Assembly: GCA_963665715.2 (NCBI GenBank) | Contig: CAXXPR010000002.1 | Location: 1,670,516 to 1,710,515 of the forward strand | Length of the DNA: 40,000 nt | Reading direction: 5' to 3' | Origin: Desulfatiglandales bacterium | GTDB lineage: Bacteria > Desulfobacterota > DSM-4660 > Desulfatiglandales > HGW-15 | Notes under the pieces: model-generated | What the model saw: only the letters and a program-made list of their open reading frames with translations | What the model was told of the DNA's origin: nothing | Databases searched by the model: none | Part shown: positions 25,463 through 34,706 of the stretch, one piece after another | Numbering within the stretch: the first letter of the stretch is position 1 | Layout: each line of letters begins with the position of its first letter | Translations under genes and position numbers: made by a program

Positions 25463-25715
25463 CAGACAGAAGTCATTTTAGAAAATAGAAAAGAGGAAAG
25501 CAGAAGTCAGAAGTCAGAAATCAGAGGTCGGAAGTCGGAAAGCAGAGGTCGGAGGTCCGAAGTCAGCGGTCAGCAAAAATAGTAATTAGGAAAGAGAAAC
25601 TAGAAAAGAGGAAAGAGGAAAGCGGAAGTCAGTGGTCAGTGAAAAGCCAGAAGTCGGAGGTCAGAAGCCATAAGGCAGAGGTCTGAGGTCTGAGGTCAGA
25701 AGTCGGAAGTCAGAA
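25463..25715 (+). repeat. Purine-rich degenerate heptamer tandem repeat (RGARGTC)n in two blocks
   Basis: Block 1, 25501-25574: agaagtc agaagtc agaaatc agaggtc ggaagtc ggaaagc agaggtc ggaggtc cgaagtc agcggtc. Block 2, 25621-25715, is similar. Each block is preceded by gaaaa(t)agaaaagaggaaag. Confidence 0.85.
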
Positions 25716-25817
25716 AAAACTTATTAAAAACAAAAAGCCGGGCAGGCACACAGGCACTGCCCCTACATATAGGTATGGACTTCTGGCAATTTAAAATAAT
25801 TTTAAATCGACGCGGGA

Positions 25818-25838
25818 AGACAGGTTAAAAACCTGTCT
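25818..25838. repeat. Palindromic element agacaggttaaaaacctgtct (second copy, opposite orientation, at 34479-34501)
   Basis: 9-bp stem. The 23-bp unit at 34479-34501 (gagacaggtttttaacctgtctc) is its reverse complement apart from one base. Confidence 0.7.
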
Positions 25839-25886
25839 CTACAAAATACTGGATTCCCCGGTCGGGGCCTTGGAATGACGGCGGTG

Positions 25887-27188
25887 TTATTTCACAAGCC
25901 CTGGCAGAAACAGCACAATATCCGGAAAAAGAATAAGTACCAGCAGCCCTATCAGCATTGCCCCTAAAAATGGAAATATTCCTTTAAATATGGTGTGGAG
26001 ATCCACATCATGCGCGATTCCTTTTATTACATATACGTTAAGCCCTACCGGCGGTGTTATTGACCCGGCCTCCAGCAGTATTACTATTATTACGCCGAAC
26101 CATATGGGGTCAAAGCCTGCCTTTGTAATCATCGGGAAAAATATATCTATTGTGATAATCAAAAAAGAAAGCGGGTCCATTATACAGCCGCCTGCAAGAT
26201 AAATCCCCATGATGCACAGAAGAATTATATAGGGTGATGCATTAAGGCTGCCTACCCATTCTGCGAGACCCTGGGGCAGACCGCTTGCTGTTAAAAACTT
26301 GCTGAAGATCATGGCGCTTGCCAGGATTATAAGCACCATTGATGATGTCCGTGTTGTTCCCTGCAGCGCTTTTTTAAAACCTTTTATACTCAGGCTTCGC
26401 TTTACAACACCTATTACTATTGCTCCTGCCGCACCGATACCTGCCGCCTCGGTTGGTGTGAAAAAGCCTTTCAGGAGTCCTCCTATAACAAGTATAAATA
26501 AAAGCAGCATCTCTATTGTACCGGAAAGCGCTTTTATTTTTTCTTTAAAGCCGGTGCCCGGTATGGGTGACCCGAGCGAGGGTTTTAAAAGGCACATTGC
26601 AATTATCATTGCAGTAAAAAGCCCTGAAAGCAAAAGCCCAGGGACAATGCCCGCAATAAAAAGTTTGCCTATGGACAGTTCTGTCTGAATACCGTAAATA
26701 ATCAATACTATGCTTGGAGGTATAAGTATCCCAAGTGTACCTCCTGCCGCAACTGTTCCTGTTGCAAATGCCGGGTCATAGTTGTGTTTTCTCATTTCAG
26801 GAAGTCCTACTGTCCCCATTGTTGCTGCTGTGGCTGTGCTTGATCCGCATATGGCTGCAAAGCCTGCACAGGCTCCTATGGTTGCTACTGCAAGTCCTCC
26901 GGGTATAAACCCGAGCCACGCGTGTGCTGTTTTGTATATCCTTTTACTAATACCCGAATGAAAGGCTATCTCGCCCATGAACACAAACAGGGGAATAACG
27001 AGCATGGTATATGAAGAAAACTGGTAATAAAAACTGTCGCTCAGTAAAAATAACCCGCCGTCAAGAGAGGTAAGGTATGAAAAACCCATAAAGCCTACAA
27101 GTATCATTGAAAAGGCAATGGGCATTCCAAGGATCATGAGCAGCACCATAATTATAATTCCGCAGGCTCCTGCAAGTTCGGGACTCAT
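25887..27188 (-). CDS. dctM: TRAP transporter large permease subunit (DctM family)
   Basis: 433-aa polytopic membrane protein, overlapping the upstream small subunit by 4 nt, in the typical DctP-DctQ-DctM gene order. Confidence 0.88.
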   Translation of the reverse strand: MSPELAGACGIIIMVLLMILGMPIAFSMILVGFMGFSYLTSLDGGLFLLSDSFYYQFSSYTMLVIPLFVFMGEIAFHSGISKRIYKTAHAWLGFIPGGLAVATIGACAGFAAICGSSTATAATMGTVGLPEMRKHNYDPAFATGTVAAGGTLGILIPPSIVLIIYGIQTELSIGKLFIAGIVPGLLLSGLFTAMIIAMCLLKPSLGSPIPGTGFKEKIKALSGTIEMLLLFILVIGGLLKGFFTPTEAAGIGAAGAIVIGVVKRSLSIKGFKKALQGTTRTSSMVLIILASAMIFSKFLTASGLPQGLAEWVGSLNASPYIILLCIMGIYLAGGCIMDPLSFLIITIDIFFPMITKAGFDPIWFGVIIVILLEAGSITPPVGLNVYVIKGIAHDVDLHTIFKGIFPFLGAMLIGLLVLILFPDIVLFLPGLVK

Positions 27189-27676
27189 TTTTTGAACTCC
27201 TTTACTGTAAGTTTAAGGAGATCAACAAAAAGAACCAGCGTAAGTACGGCCGAACCGACTGTTACAAACCCTGCAAATGGCGTGAGGGGTATCTTTAAAA
27301 CCTCGGAGAGTTCTCCTACCCGGTATGTGTTTTTTGCAAAAAGGAATGTCTGCCATGACATGACTGCAAACATGATAATGCCTATAATATCGACTATACA
27401 GTTAACTGCGGTTCTGTATGGATTGGGAACTCTGTCTATGAACAGGGTGATCCTGATATGACCTTTAAGCACCTGGGTGTAGGCCAGCGCACAGGCAATG
27501 ATAATTACCCCGAGCTGGCTTACTATATCTACAGTGCCCTTGAGAGGTATTCCGAAAATGCTTCGGGATAAAACATTTATGCATACGATGAGCATAACTG
27601 CCACAATGGCAATGGCTGAAAGCCAGTTAAGCCATCGGGCAACAGCATTTGTTATTTTTTCAATTGAAAACATCAT
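27185..27676 (-). CDS. dctQ: TRAP transporter small permease subunit (DctQ family)
   Basis: 163 aa with four hydrophobic helices, lying between the DctP-like and DctM-like genes. Confidence 0.8.
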   Translation of the reverse strand: MMFSIEKITNAVARWLNWLSAIAIVAVMLIVCINVLSRSIFGIPLKGTVDIVSQLGVIIIACALAYTQVLKGHIRITLFIDRVPNPYRTAVNCIVDIIGIIMFAVMSWQTFLFAKNTYRVGELSEVLKIPLTPFAGFVTVGSAVLTLVLFVDLLKLTVKEFKK

Positions 27677-27681
27677 AATAT

Positions 27682-28710
27682 TTAATACTGCGCGTTATAT
27701 TTTTCAAGCAGCCGGTTGAATTCATCCAGCCATTCCTGTGCAGGAAGACCCTTTGCACTGTTTTCCTCTACCCAGTCCTTTGTCATGGATTCCAGAATCT
27801 GCATCATCTTTTCTCTTTCTTCGGGCGTGACCGATGTTTTTTTAACACCGTTTTCTACCGCATAGTTAAGCCCGTCCTCTGCTGCATTATGGGCAAAGTC
27901 TGCGGCCCATAAGCTGTGCTCCATTTTCATGTCCTCGATAACTTTTTTTACATCTTCGGGCCAGGAACTGAATCTTTTTTCTTCTACTATGGTAAACATA
28001 ACAGCGCCAGGTGCAGGGAAGGGGGTGATGTATTCTATTACCTCGTTAAACTTGAAGGGACGGATAATCTCAAATGTTGTATAGTTGCCTTTTATAATGT
28101 TTTTCTGCAGGGCTTCGTATATTTCTGATACAGGCAGAAACACGGGTGAGGCTCCCAGTTTTTCAAGTGCAGGTACACCTGTTCCTGTTGCCCTTATCTC
28201 TTTTCCCTTTAAGTCTTCCATTGCAGTTACCGGGAATTTTCCAAAAAATCCGCAGCCGTTATCTCCCAGTCCGTTACAGCTGAATGAAATAACCTTTACC
28301 CCTTTAAACTCGGGAGGATTGAATTTATTGTACATGTCCCATGCGATCTGAACAGGAACCTTTGTATGCTTATATGGATGGGGATAGTTTAAAAGCGCCA
28401 TCATGGGAAACCGTTCGGGTCTGAATGATGAAACATTCATGCCTACATCGGCAACACCCCTTAAAATTCCTTCAATCGTGTTTTTCCCGTTTAAAAGTGT
28501 TGCACTGTACATGGGCTTTACTTTTACTTTGTTATTTGTCCGGGCCTCAACCATTTCTATCCATCTGGCAGTTGCCTTTCCGGGAGGAGAGGTTAAAGAT
28601 GTCCAGTTTGTAAAGGTGATTTCCATTTGAGAGTTATCTGATGAGCAGCCTGATATGAAAAATGAAAATATAGCTGCTGTTACAATGCTGTAAAAAAATA
28701 TTTTTTTCAT
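27682..28710 (-). CDS. dctP: TRAP transporter substrate-binding protein (DctP family), lipoprotein-type signal
   Basis: 342 aa with signal peptide and lipobox FFISGC|S. Size and position are typical of DctP-type solute receptors. The ligand is unknown. Confidence 0.82.
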   Translation of the reverse strand: MKKIFFYSIVTAAIFSFFISGCSSDNSQMEITFTNWTSLTSPPGKATARWIEMVEARTNNKVKVKPMYSATLLNGKNTIEGILRGVADVGMNVSSFRPERFPMMALLNYPHPYKHTKVPVQIAWDMYNKFNPPEFKGVKVISFSCNGLGDNGCGFFGKFPVTAMEDLKGKEIRATGTGVPALEKLGASPVFLPVSEIYEALQKNIIKGNYTTFEIIRPFKFNEVIEYITPFPAPGAVMFTIVEEKRFSSWPEDVKKVIEDMKMEHSLWAADFAHNAAEDGLNYAVENGVKKTSVTPEEREKMMQILESMTKDWVEENSAKGLPAQEWLDEFNRLLEKYNAQY

Positions 28711-29008
28711 GTTGAAATGTTGTCCTCCTTTTTATTGATCTGAGATTTATATCGCAAATTAGAGTTTGAATCAATGTCCTGAAGCTGCAGATATCTTAAT
28801 AACATTAAAATAGTTATATGTTGTTATTATTTATTATAAAAGGAATATTTTATGATATTGGGTTATATTAATGATAAAAAAAATTTATTTACATATAAAA
28901 AAAAGGTTTTATTTTTAAAAAAAAGGTATAATAAAAAGGCTTTAAAAAAGGGTACTTAAGTATTAGGCCCTTGTAAAAAAGGGCAGAAGAGTAATAAAGG
29001 GAATGGCC

Positions 29009-30277
29009 ATGGAAATAACAGGCGCCTATACAAATTATCTTAATATATCAAATCTACTTGCACCTCTAGGTGTGTCCGGTTCAGCCAATTATGTAACCCA
29101 GGTTTTTTCCTCCAGTGTAGCCGAACTTCAGGATAAGATTGATCAGCAGATATTTTCCAGGGAGTCATCCGTTGCTCTTTCCGAATTATACGGCCAGGTA
29201 ACAAATCTTTCTCTTCTTGCAGATAGACTGGCCGTAACCGACACCAATTCCGTTTTCAATAACCGTACAGCACAATCCTCCGACAGCGGGGTTTTGACTG
29301 CCACTGCATGGGATTCTTTCTCGCCCGGTACCGGGGCGGCAGAGGCCACATATGATATTTCTGTTTCCCAGCTTGCCCGCGGTCAGGAAAATACCGGTAC
29401 AGCTCTGGCCGGTTCTGATCAAAGTGCTGTTGAAGCCGGAGTAAATGTTTTTACCATCACTGTAGAAGAGCAGGACTATGTACTGGATATTACAGTTGCG
29501 GCAGATGATACTAACGGGGATATTCTTTATGAAATATCAAGGGTAATAAACGAAAGGGTTTCGGGCTTATCAGCTGAAATGACAGATGATGAAGGTACAG
29601 TGAGTCTGAACCTTACCTCTGATGCTACCGGGGCGGAGGCCGCATTTACTGTTTCCGATATATCCGGAAATGCGGTTGCTGCAACGGGCATTGATAATGT
29701 ATCGGTAGAAGCTGCTGATGCGGTTTATTCTGTTGACGGAGCCAGTCTGGTTTCGGAAGCAAACTCAGTATATCTTGATGACGGGGCTGTCCAGGTAAAT
29801 CTTTACGGAACCGGTGATGCAACGCTTGAGGTCGGGCCGGATGAGACAGCGGTGTATAATGCAGTAACGTCCATGGCAAACGGCATCAACAGTTATATCG
29901 ATTTTTATAATGATAACAGTGATTATTTAAGTGAGGATCTTCTTACTTCACTTAACAGTGTATTGAATGATCAGAAATCGGATCTGGCATCCATAGGTAT
30001 AACCCTTAACAGTGAGGGGTATCTCCAGATCGATGAATCCACTCTTACCAGTGCAGTTAATAATAATCCTTCTGCTGTAGAAAATATTTTTTCTTCATTT
30101 GACGGGTTTGCGCAGGAGATAAGCAGTTATACCTCCGGTATAGCCTCAGAATCCCCGCTTTCCTATGCAAAAGAAGCCGAAACTTTGAGCGGGCAGTTTA
30201 TAGACTTTATCTACAATTCATCTGCCATGCGTTTACAGAATCTTCTTTCCGGTTCATTACTTAGCGTGTACGTTTAA
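29009..30277 (+). CDS. FliD-like (filament-cap / hook-associated protein 2-like) protein, paralogue 1
   Basis: ATYDISVSQLARGQEN, VYSVDGASLVSEANSV, the YIDFYN region and GITLNSEGYLQIDESTLTSAVNNNPSAVENIF recall FliD central and C-terminal regions. It lacks the usual N-terminal GLGSGLD segment. Start 29009 chosen by alignment with the paralogue. Confidence 0.5.
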   Translation: MEITGAYTNYLNISNLLAPLGVSGSANYVTQVFSSSVAELQDKIDQQIFSRESSVALSELYGQVTNLSLLADRLAVTDTNSVFNNRTAQSSDSGVLTATAWDSFSPGTGAAEATYDISVSQLARGQENTGTALAGSDQSAVEAGVNVFTITVEEQDYVLDITVAADDTNGDILYEISRVINERVSGLSAEMTDDEGTVSLNLTSDATGAEAAFTVSDISGNAVAATGIDNVSVEAADAVYSVDGASLVSEANSVYLDDGAVQVNLYGTGDATLEVGPDETAVYNAVTSMANGINSYIDFYNDNSDYLSEDLLTSLNSVLNDQKSDLASIGITLNSEGYLQIDESTLTSAVNNNPSAVENIFSSFDGFAQEISSYTSGIASESPLSYAKEAETLSGQFIDFIYNSSAMRLQNLLSGSLLSVYV

Positions 30278-30349
30278 TCAATTTTCCAGTAAAAAAAATT
30301 AAAGACTTATAAAGTCCGTGCCGATGAATAAATATCGGGGAGTGTAAAA

Positions 30350-30445
30350 CTCTCTAATAACGGGCAAACCTTCCGAAAGGATGGGGCGCAAAGCTTCCGG
30401 CCTAAATCTCTGTTTATGGGATATGGCAGCGGGGTTGCGGCATAT
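30350..30445 (+). promoter_or_regulatory. c-di-GMP-I (GEMM-I) riboswitch
   Basis: acGGGCAAACCttCCGAAAGGatGGGGCGCAAAGCtUCCGGCCUAAAtc...GGCAGCGGGGUUGCgg matches the Vc2-type consensus GGGCAAACC..CGAAAG..GGGACGCAAAGCCUCCGGCCUAAA...GGUAGCGGGGUUACC almost block for block. About 70 nt upstream of the 30517 start. Confidence 0.85.
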
Positions 30446-30516
30446 TATGTTTATAAACCTGCTTCCATCTGTGTATGGCCGATTATTTTTTACGGATTAA
30501 AACAGGAGGGCATATT

Positions 30517-31788
30517 ATGCAGATATCAGGCTCCTACAGCAATTACCTGAGCATGACCAGCCTATTGTCATCTATAGGCGTTTCGGATTCCAGCAATTAT
30601 ATAATGCAGGTCTTTTCATCAAGTGTTTCCAATCTTCAGGATAAACTTGATCAGCAGCTCTTCTCTGAAGAAACATCAGATGCGCTTACCGGCCTTTACA
30701 GCCAGATCTCCAGCCTTTCCTCTCTGGCGGAAAAACTTACAGCAGCCGGTTCAGATTCCATTTTTAATGATCGTTCGGCCGTGTCTTCGGACAGCAGTGT
30801 TTTAACAGCAGCTGCATGGGATGCATATTCACAGGATACCGGTGCGACAGAGGCTGCATACGAAATTTCTGTGTTACAGACAGCACAGGGCCAGGAAAAT
30901 GTGAGCACCCTGTTAATCGGTTCGGAAGCAAGTGTTGCTGGTACAGGAACAAATACATTTAATATCAGTACAGAGGGACTGAGTTATGATTTAAGTATTG
31001 ACGTTTCTTTCGGAGATACAAATGAGGATGTTTTAAATAAGATTGCAAATGCCGTGAATGAAGCCGGTATAGGTATAACCGCCGATATCAGTGCCGGCGA
31101 CGACGGTACCGTGAGTTTATCCCTCAGCGCCGATAATACTGGCGCGGATGCATCTTTTACTGTTTCGGATATTTCCGGGAATGCAGTTTCTGCAGCAGGC
31201 CTTGATGTAATATCATCAGAGGCGCAGAACGCGGTTTATTCAATAGACGGGGTGGAACAGACTTCCGGTTCAAATACTGTGTATATTGATAACGGAGCTG
31301 TGGAAATAAGCCTGAATGGTACAGGTGATGCAACCCTTGAGGTTGGTACCGGTATTACCGATTTTTATGATGCCGTAACATCTCTTATAGCCGGCGTTAA
31401 CTCCTTTATCGATTTTTTTAACAGCAGCAGCGATTATTTAACGGATGATATTGCCGCATCCCTTAATAACATAATAGACGATAAATCCTCAGAGCTTAAA
31501 TCAATCGGCATAACCGCTGATGACAGCGGAAAACTCCAGGTAGATGAAGAGCAGTTGTTATCCTCAATAGAAAATGACTCTGCGGGGGTAAAGGATATCT
31601 TTGCATCATTTGACGGGTTTGCTGTTCAGGTAAACAGCCTTGTATCAAATATAGCCACGGACTCACCTTTGAATTACGCAAAAGAGTCGGACAGCTTAAG
31701 CCAGGAATATACTGACCTGATCTATGATTCCTCGGCGACCCAGTTAAAACAGCTTCTTTCCGGATCAATGCTGGATATGTTTGTGTAG
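30517..31788 (+). CDS. FliD-like protein, paralogue 2 (riboswitch-controlled)
   Basis: Collinear with 29009-30277 (MQISGSYSNYL.. versus MEITGAYTNYL..). AGGAGGG SD lies 7 nt before ATG 30517; the track start at 30475 lacks an SD. Confidence 0.5.
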   Translation: MQISGSYSNYLSMTSLLSSIGVSDSSNYIMQVFSSSVSNLQDKLDQQLFSEETSDALTGLYSQISSLSSLAEKLTAAGSDSIFNDRSAVSSDSSVLTAAAWDAYSQDTGATEAAYEISVLQTAQGQENVSTLLIGSEASVAGTGTNTFNISTEGLSYDLSIDVSFGDTNEDVLNKIANAVNEAGIGITADISAGDDGTVSLSLSADNTGADASFTVSDISGNAVSAAGLDVISSEAQNAVYSIDGVEQTSGSNTVYIDNGAVEISLNGTGDATLEVGTGITDFYDAVTSLIAGVNSFIDFFNSSSDYLTDDIAASLNNIIDDKSSELKSIGITADDSGKLQVDEEQLLSSIENDSAGVKDIFASFDGFAVQVNSLVSNIATDSPLNYAKESDSLSQEYTDLIYDSSATQLKQLLSGSMLDMFV

Positions 31789-32499
31789 TTACCTGCAGTC
31801 ATACCTGTAACCAACCCTGTGAACAGTCTTTATAAAGCATGGGGTTGATGGATCCGGTTCAATCTTTTTTCTGAGCTGTGCAATATGCTGGTCAAGTGTA
31901 CGGGTGGTGCCGTAGTAGTCGATACCCCAGACGGTATTTAAAAGCTGATCCCTGCTCAGCACTTCGTTGGGGTGAGTGTAAAACTGCTGAAGCAGCATGA
32001 TTTCCCTTTCGGACAGGTCAGTGATCTTATCATCTTTTGTGATTCTGTATTTTTTCGTATCTACCTGACACTCCCCAAAGGTAAAGGTTTCCGGTATATC
32101 TGCTTTATTCTCATTAACTGTACTGTTTCTTTTACAGCGTCTGATCACAGCCTGTATTCTTGCCAGCAGTTCATGCACGCCGAAGGGTTTTGATATGTAG
32201 TCATCTGCGCCCATCTTAAGGCCTACAACTTTATCAATCTCTTCACTCTTTGCAGTCAGCATTATAATGGGAATATCTTCATCAATGGCCCGGATCTGCC
32301 TGCAGACATCATATCCGCTTATTTCAGGCATCATGATATCCAGAAGCAGCAGATCAAATTTATCTGCTTTAAATAATTTTAATGCCTCGTTACCGTTAAC
32401 TGCCGAAGCAACCCGGTAGCCTTCGCTTTCAAGTATGTCTACAAGGCCTGTCAGAATATTGGGGTCGTCTTCTGCAACAAGTATGGATAAGTCTGTCAT
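31789..32499 (-). CDS. OmpR/PhoB-family response regulator
   Basis: REC domain (LLLLDIMMPEISG, LTAK, SKPF) plus winged-helix C-terminus (LTxxEfxLL, RTLDQHIAQLRKKIE, IKTVHRVGYR). Confidence 0.9.
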   Translation of the reverse strand: MTDLSILVAEDDPNILTGLVDILESEGYRVASAVNGNEALKLFKADKFDLLLLDIMMPEISGYDVCRQIRAIDEDIPIIMLTAKSEEIDKVVGLKMGADDYISKPFGVHELLARIQAVIRRCKRNSTVNENKADIPETFTFGECQVDTKKYRITKDDKITDLSEREIMLLQQFYTHPNEVLSRDQLLNTVWGIDYYGTTRTLDQHIAQLRKKIEPDPSTPCFIKTVHRVGYRYDCR

Positions 32500-32520
32500 T
32501 TTATAAAACCTTTTTTGAAG

Positions 32521-34194
32521 TTACCTTAAGGGCAGCTTAACAACAAAAGAACTTCCGCCGCCTTGTCTCTGTTCATAATAGATATCTCCGCCTGTAGCAT
32601 TTATCATCTTTTTTGCAATACTCAGCCCGAGACCGGAGCCCTGTGTTTTTGAGGTAAGTGTGTCATCCACCCTGTGGAATTTTTCAAATATCTTTTTTCT
32701 GTGAGCTTCCGGTATGCCCGGTCCCCTGTCTTCCACCCTTATCTCTATATCTGCTGTTCCCTGCTTCATTGATATTAATATTTCTTTACCTGCGGCTGCA
32801 TATTTTACTGCATTGTCTATAAGGTTAAGAATAACCTGTTCCAGTGCATCACGGTCTGTTTTGATTTTTATCTCTTCATCGGGAATATCTATAACACATT
32901 CCATTTCCGCATCTTTTATCCTGGGGCTGTGAAACTCTACTGTTTCCTTTAAAAAAGCCGCAGCATCAATATCTTCAAAATGATATTTCTTATTTTCCTG
33001 TTCAAGCCTTCCAAAATCAAGAACGTTATTAACAAGCCTGGTAAGACGTCTGCTTTCCGTAACAATTATGCCCAGATATTTTGAGGTTTTTTCCTTATCC
33101 TTCACTCTTCCTTCCATAAGAAGTTCTGCAAACATCCGGATGCTTGTAAGAGGCGTTTTCAGCTCGTGTGATACGTTGGATACAAATGATGTTTTCTGCT
33201 GTGCATCAAGCATGTTCTGTTTTGCGTGTCTCATTAACAGAAATCCTCCGGATGCGATTGCTGCAATAAAGATAACCAGCAGAAGGCATGCGAGTATCAT
33301 AAAGCTGTTATTGCTGCCCGATGCTGCGGCTGTATATACTGCAAGGGACCAGTGAGGGAGATGCGGAGCAAGTGATATTGAAAGCTCGGGTGTGCTGTCT
33401 TTTAAACTGTCAATGTTCCCTACCTGGTGAAGCATGCGGCCCGAGTCATCCACCAGGGCATAACCTGAAGCGCCTGAGGGTATTTCAGGAAAACTGTTGA
33501 TAAGCCTTGAAAGAAGCGTCATAAGCTCAAGCTCAACGCCGTATACAGGTTTGTTTTCTCCCCTGTTAACCCATCCCAGGATATACAGTTTGTTTTCAGC
33601 AAACCAGGGTATCCATCCGCTTTTTGATGGTTCCTTATTTAGTGAGTCCAGATCATTCCGGTATGAAGCCGTGGTTTCTGTTTTTGCAATCTCCAGAAGC
33701 TCTTTTCTGCTGTTCGATAAAGACTGTACGTCCTTAAGCAGGCCTGAATTACTGCTGCCTGACCGGTTATCATCACTGTCCGGGTTTTTATAGGGCCACT
33801 TTATTCTGCCCGAGAATAACCCGTCAAAGCGGGCAATAAAGTTTCTTTCTTCGGATATGGAGGCAAGACCTTTTTCCGGATATATAAGGCCCTGGTTTTC
33901 ACTCCATATAAATACGTTTCTTACAAGGGGATTGTTTTCTTCCCAGTCTAAAAGGGTTGTATTTAATTGAGCCTCCGGGATTTCCTGCATTGCCCTGGCA
34001 AGCTGATCTTCCACTGCCTGCACAGTAACCTGGAGCGTATCTGCTATTGCCCTGGTGCGTTCTTCAACAGCCGCTGATTCAAGAGTGTTGATTCTTTCCT
34101 GCTCATGATAGATGAGCCGGAATGCAGCAGTGCTGATAATTATCGCAGGGATAAGAATCAGCAGCCAGTAAAATTGGATAGAACGTTTTTCCAT
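32521..34194 (-). CDS. Sensor histidine kinase (two TM helices, periplasmic sensor, HisKA + HATPase_c)
   Basis: H-box FVSNVSHELKTPLTSI. N box LNLIDNAVKY. G boxes VEDRGPGIP and GSGLGLSIAKK. Hydrophobic segments near residues 8-28 and about 295-320. Confidence 0.9.
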   Translation of the reverse strand: MEKRSIQFYWLLILIPAIIISTAAFRLIYHEQERINTLESAAVEERTRAIADTLQVTVQAVEDQLARAMQEIPEAQLNTTLLDWEENNPLVRNVFIWSENQGLIYPEKGLASISEERNFIARFDGLFSGRIKWPYKNPDSDDNRSGSSNSGLLKDVQSLSNSRKELLEIAKTETTASYRNDLDSLNKEPSKSGWIPWFAENKLYILGWVNRGENKPVYGVELELMTLLSRLINSFPEIPSGASGYALVDDSGRMLHQVGNIDSLKDSTPELSISLAPHLPHWSLAVYTAAASGSNNSFMILACLLLVIFIAAIASGGFLLMRHAKQNMLDAQQKTSFVSNVSHELKTPLTSIRMFAELLMEGRVKDKEKTSKYLGIIVTESRRLTRLVNNVLDFGRLEQENKKYHFEDIDAAAFLKETVEFHSPRIKDAEMECVIDIPDEEIKIKTDRDALEQVILNLIDNAVKYAAAGKEILISMKQGTADIEIRVEDRGPGIPEAHRKKIFEKFHRVDDTLTSKTQGSGLGLSIAKKMINATGGDIYYEQRQGGGSSFVVKLPLR

Positions 34195-34670
34195 AGGGCT
34201 TTTTTCCGCAATTAATTTTAATAAAACTATTGGACCTTACAACTGCAAAAATCAAATGTAGGGTCGGTGTTTATTCCTGATGTTGTTGACTTAAGCACCA
34301 AACCAAACCCCTCTCCCTTGACGGGAGAGGCTGGGTGAGGGTGGCAAAATAGAAACTCAATACTGCATTGCTGTTTTATCCCCCTCCCTTAATCCCTCCC
34401 GCCAGGGGAGGGAAATTTTCAAAAACAAATTGCTTAAAACAACGGCATGGGGATTTATTCCCGGCCGGGTTTTGTGCAGAGACAGGTTTTTAACCTGTCT
34501 CATGGCGGGATGTAATCTGTCTTCGAACAAGGCTGCGCCGAGACACGAATCCCGCCCTGCAAAAACATAATACTGCTATCAGCAAAATGCTTTTAAAGCA
34601 AGACCCCGGCTGAAGACTGACATCAATTCGACTGGCTCATTGCATTGAGTAAATCGAAAGGCTGAAAGCT

Positions 34671-34699
34671 CCATCCAGAATTTATCTCTTTCTGGATGG
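34671..34699 (-). terminator. Hairpin immediately downstream of the VWA gene (candidate terminator)
   Basis: ccatccagaa/ttctggatgg 10-bp stem with a 9-nt loop, 8 nt after the stop at 34707. No clean U-tract follows on the minus strand. Confidence 0.35.
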
Positions 34700-34706
34700 A
34701 TACTAT

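Noticed and set aside
25463-25715. Possibility that the repeat array is a CRISPR
   Set aside because: The units are 7 bp, contiguous and degenerate. There are no 25-40 bp repeats, no unique spacers and no cas genes in the window.
28876-28980. Series of A-tracts (A5-A8 followed by GG) and a TATAAT at 28927-28932 upstream of FliD-like paralogue 1, possibly phased DNA bending or a promoter
   Set aside because: The spacings (about 21, 20, 14.5, 11.5 and 31 bp) are only partly helical-phase, and no convincing -35 element accompanies the TATAAT. Noted but not called.
30475-30516. Upstream start (MADYFLRIKTGGHI...) for FliD-like paralogue 2
   Set aside because: It has no SD and no counterpart in the paralogue. 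ATG 30517 has an AGGAGGG SD and aligns with the paralogue's N-terminus.
31786-31791. Zero-nucleotide gap between the convergent stop codons of FliD-like 2 and the response regulator
   Set aside because: This is unusual packing, but no structure or signal is visible. It is probably just tight convergent termination, possibly using the opposing coding sequence.
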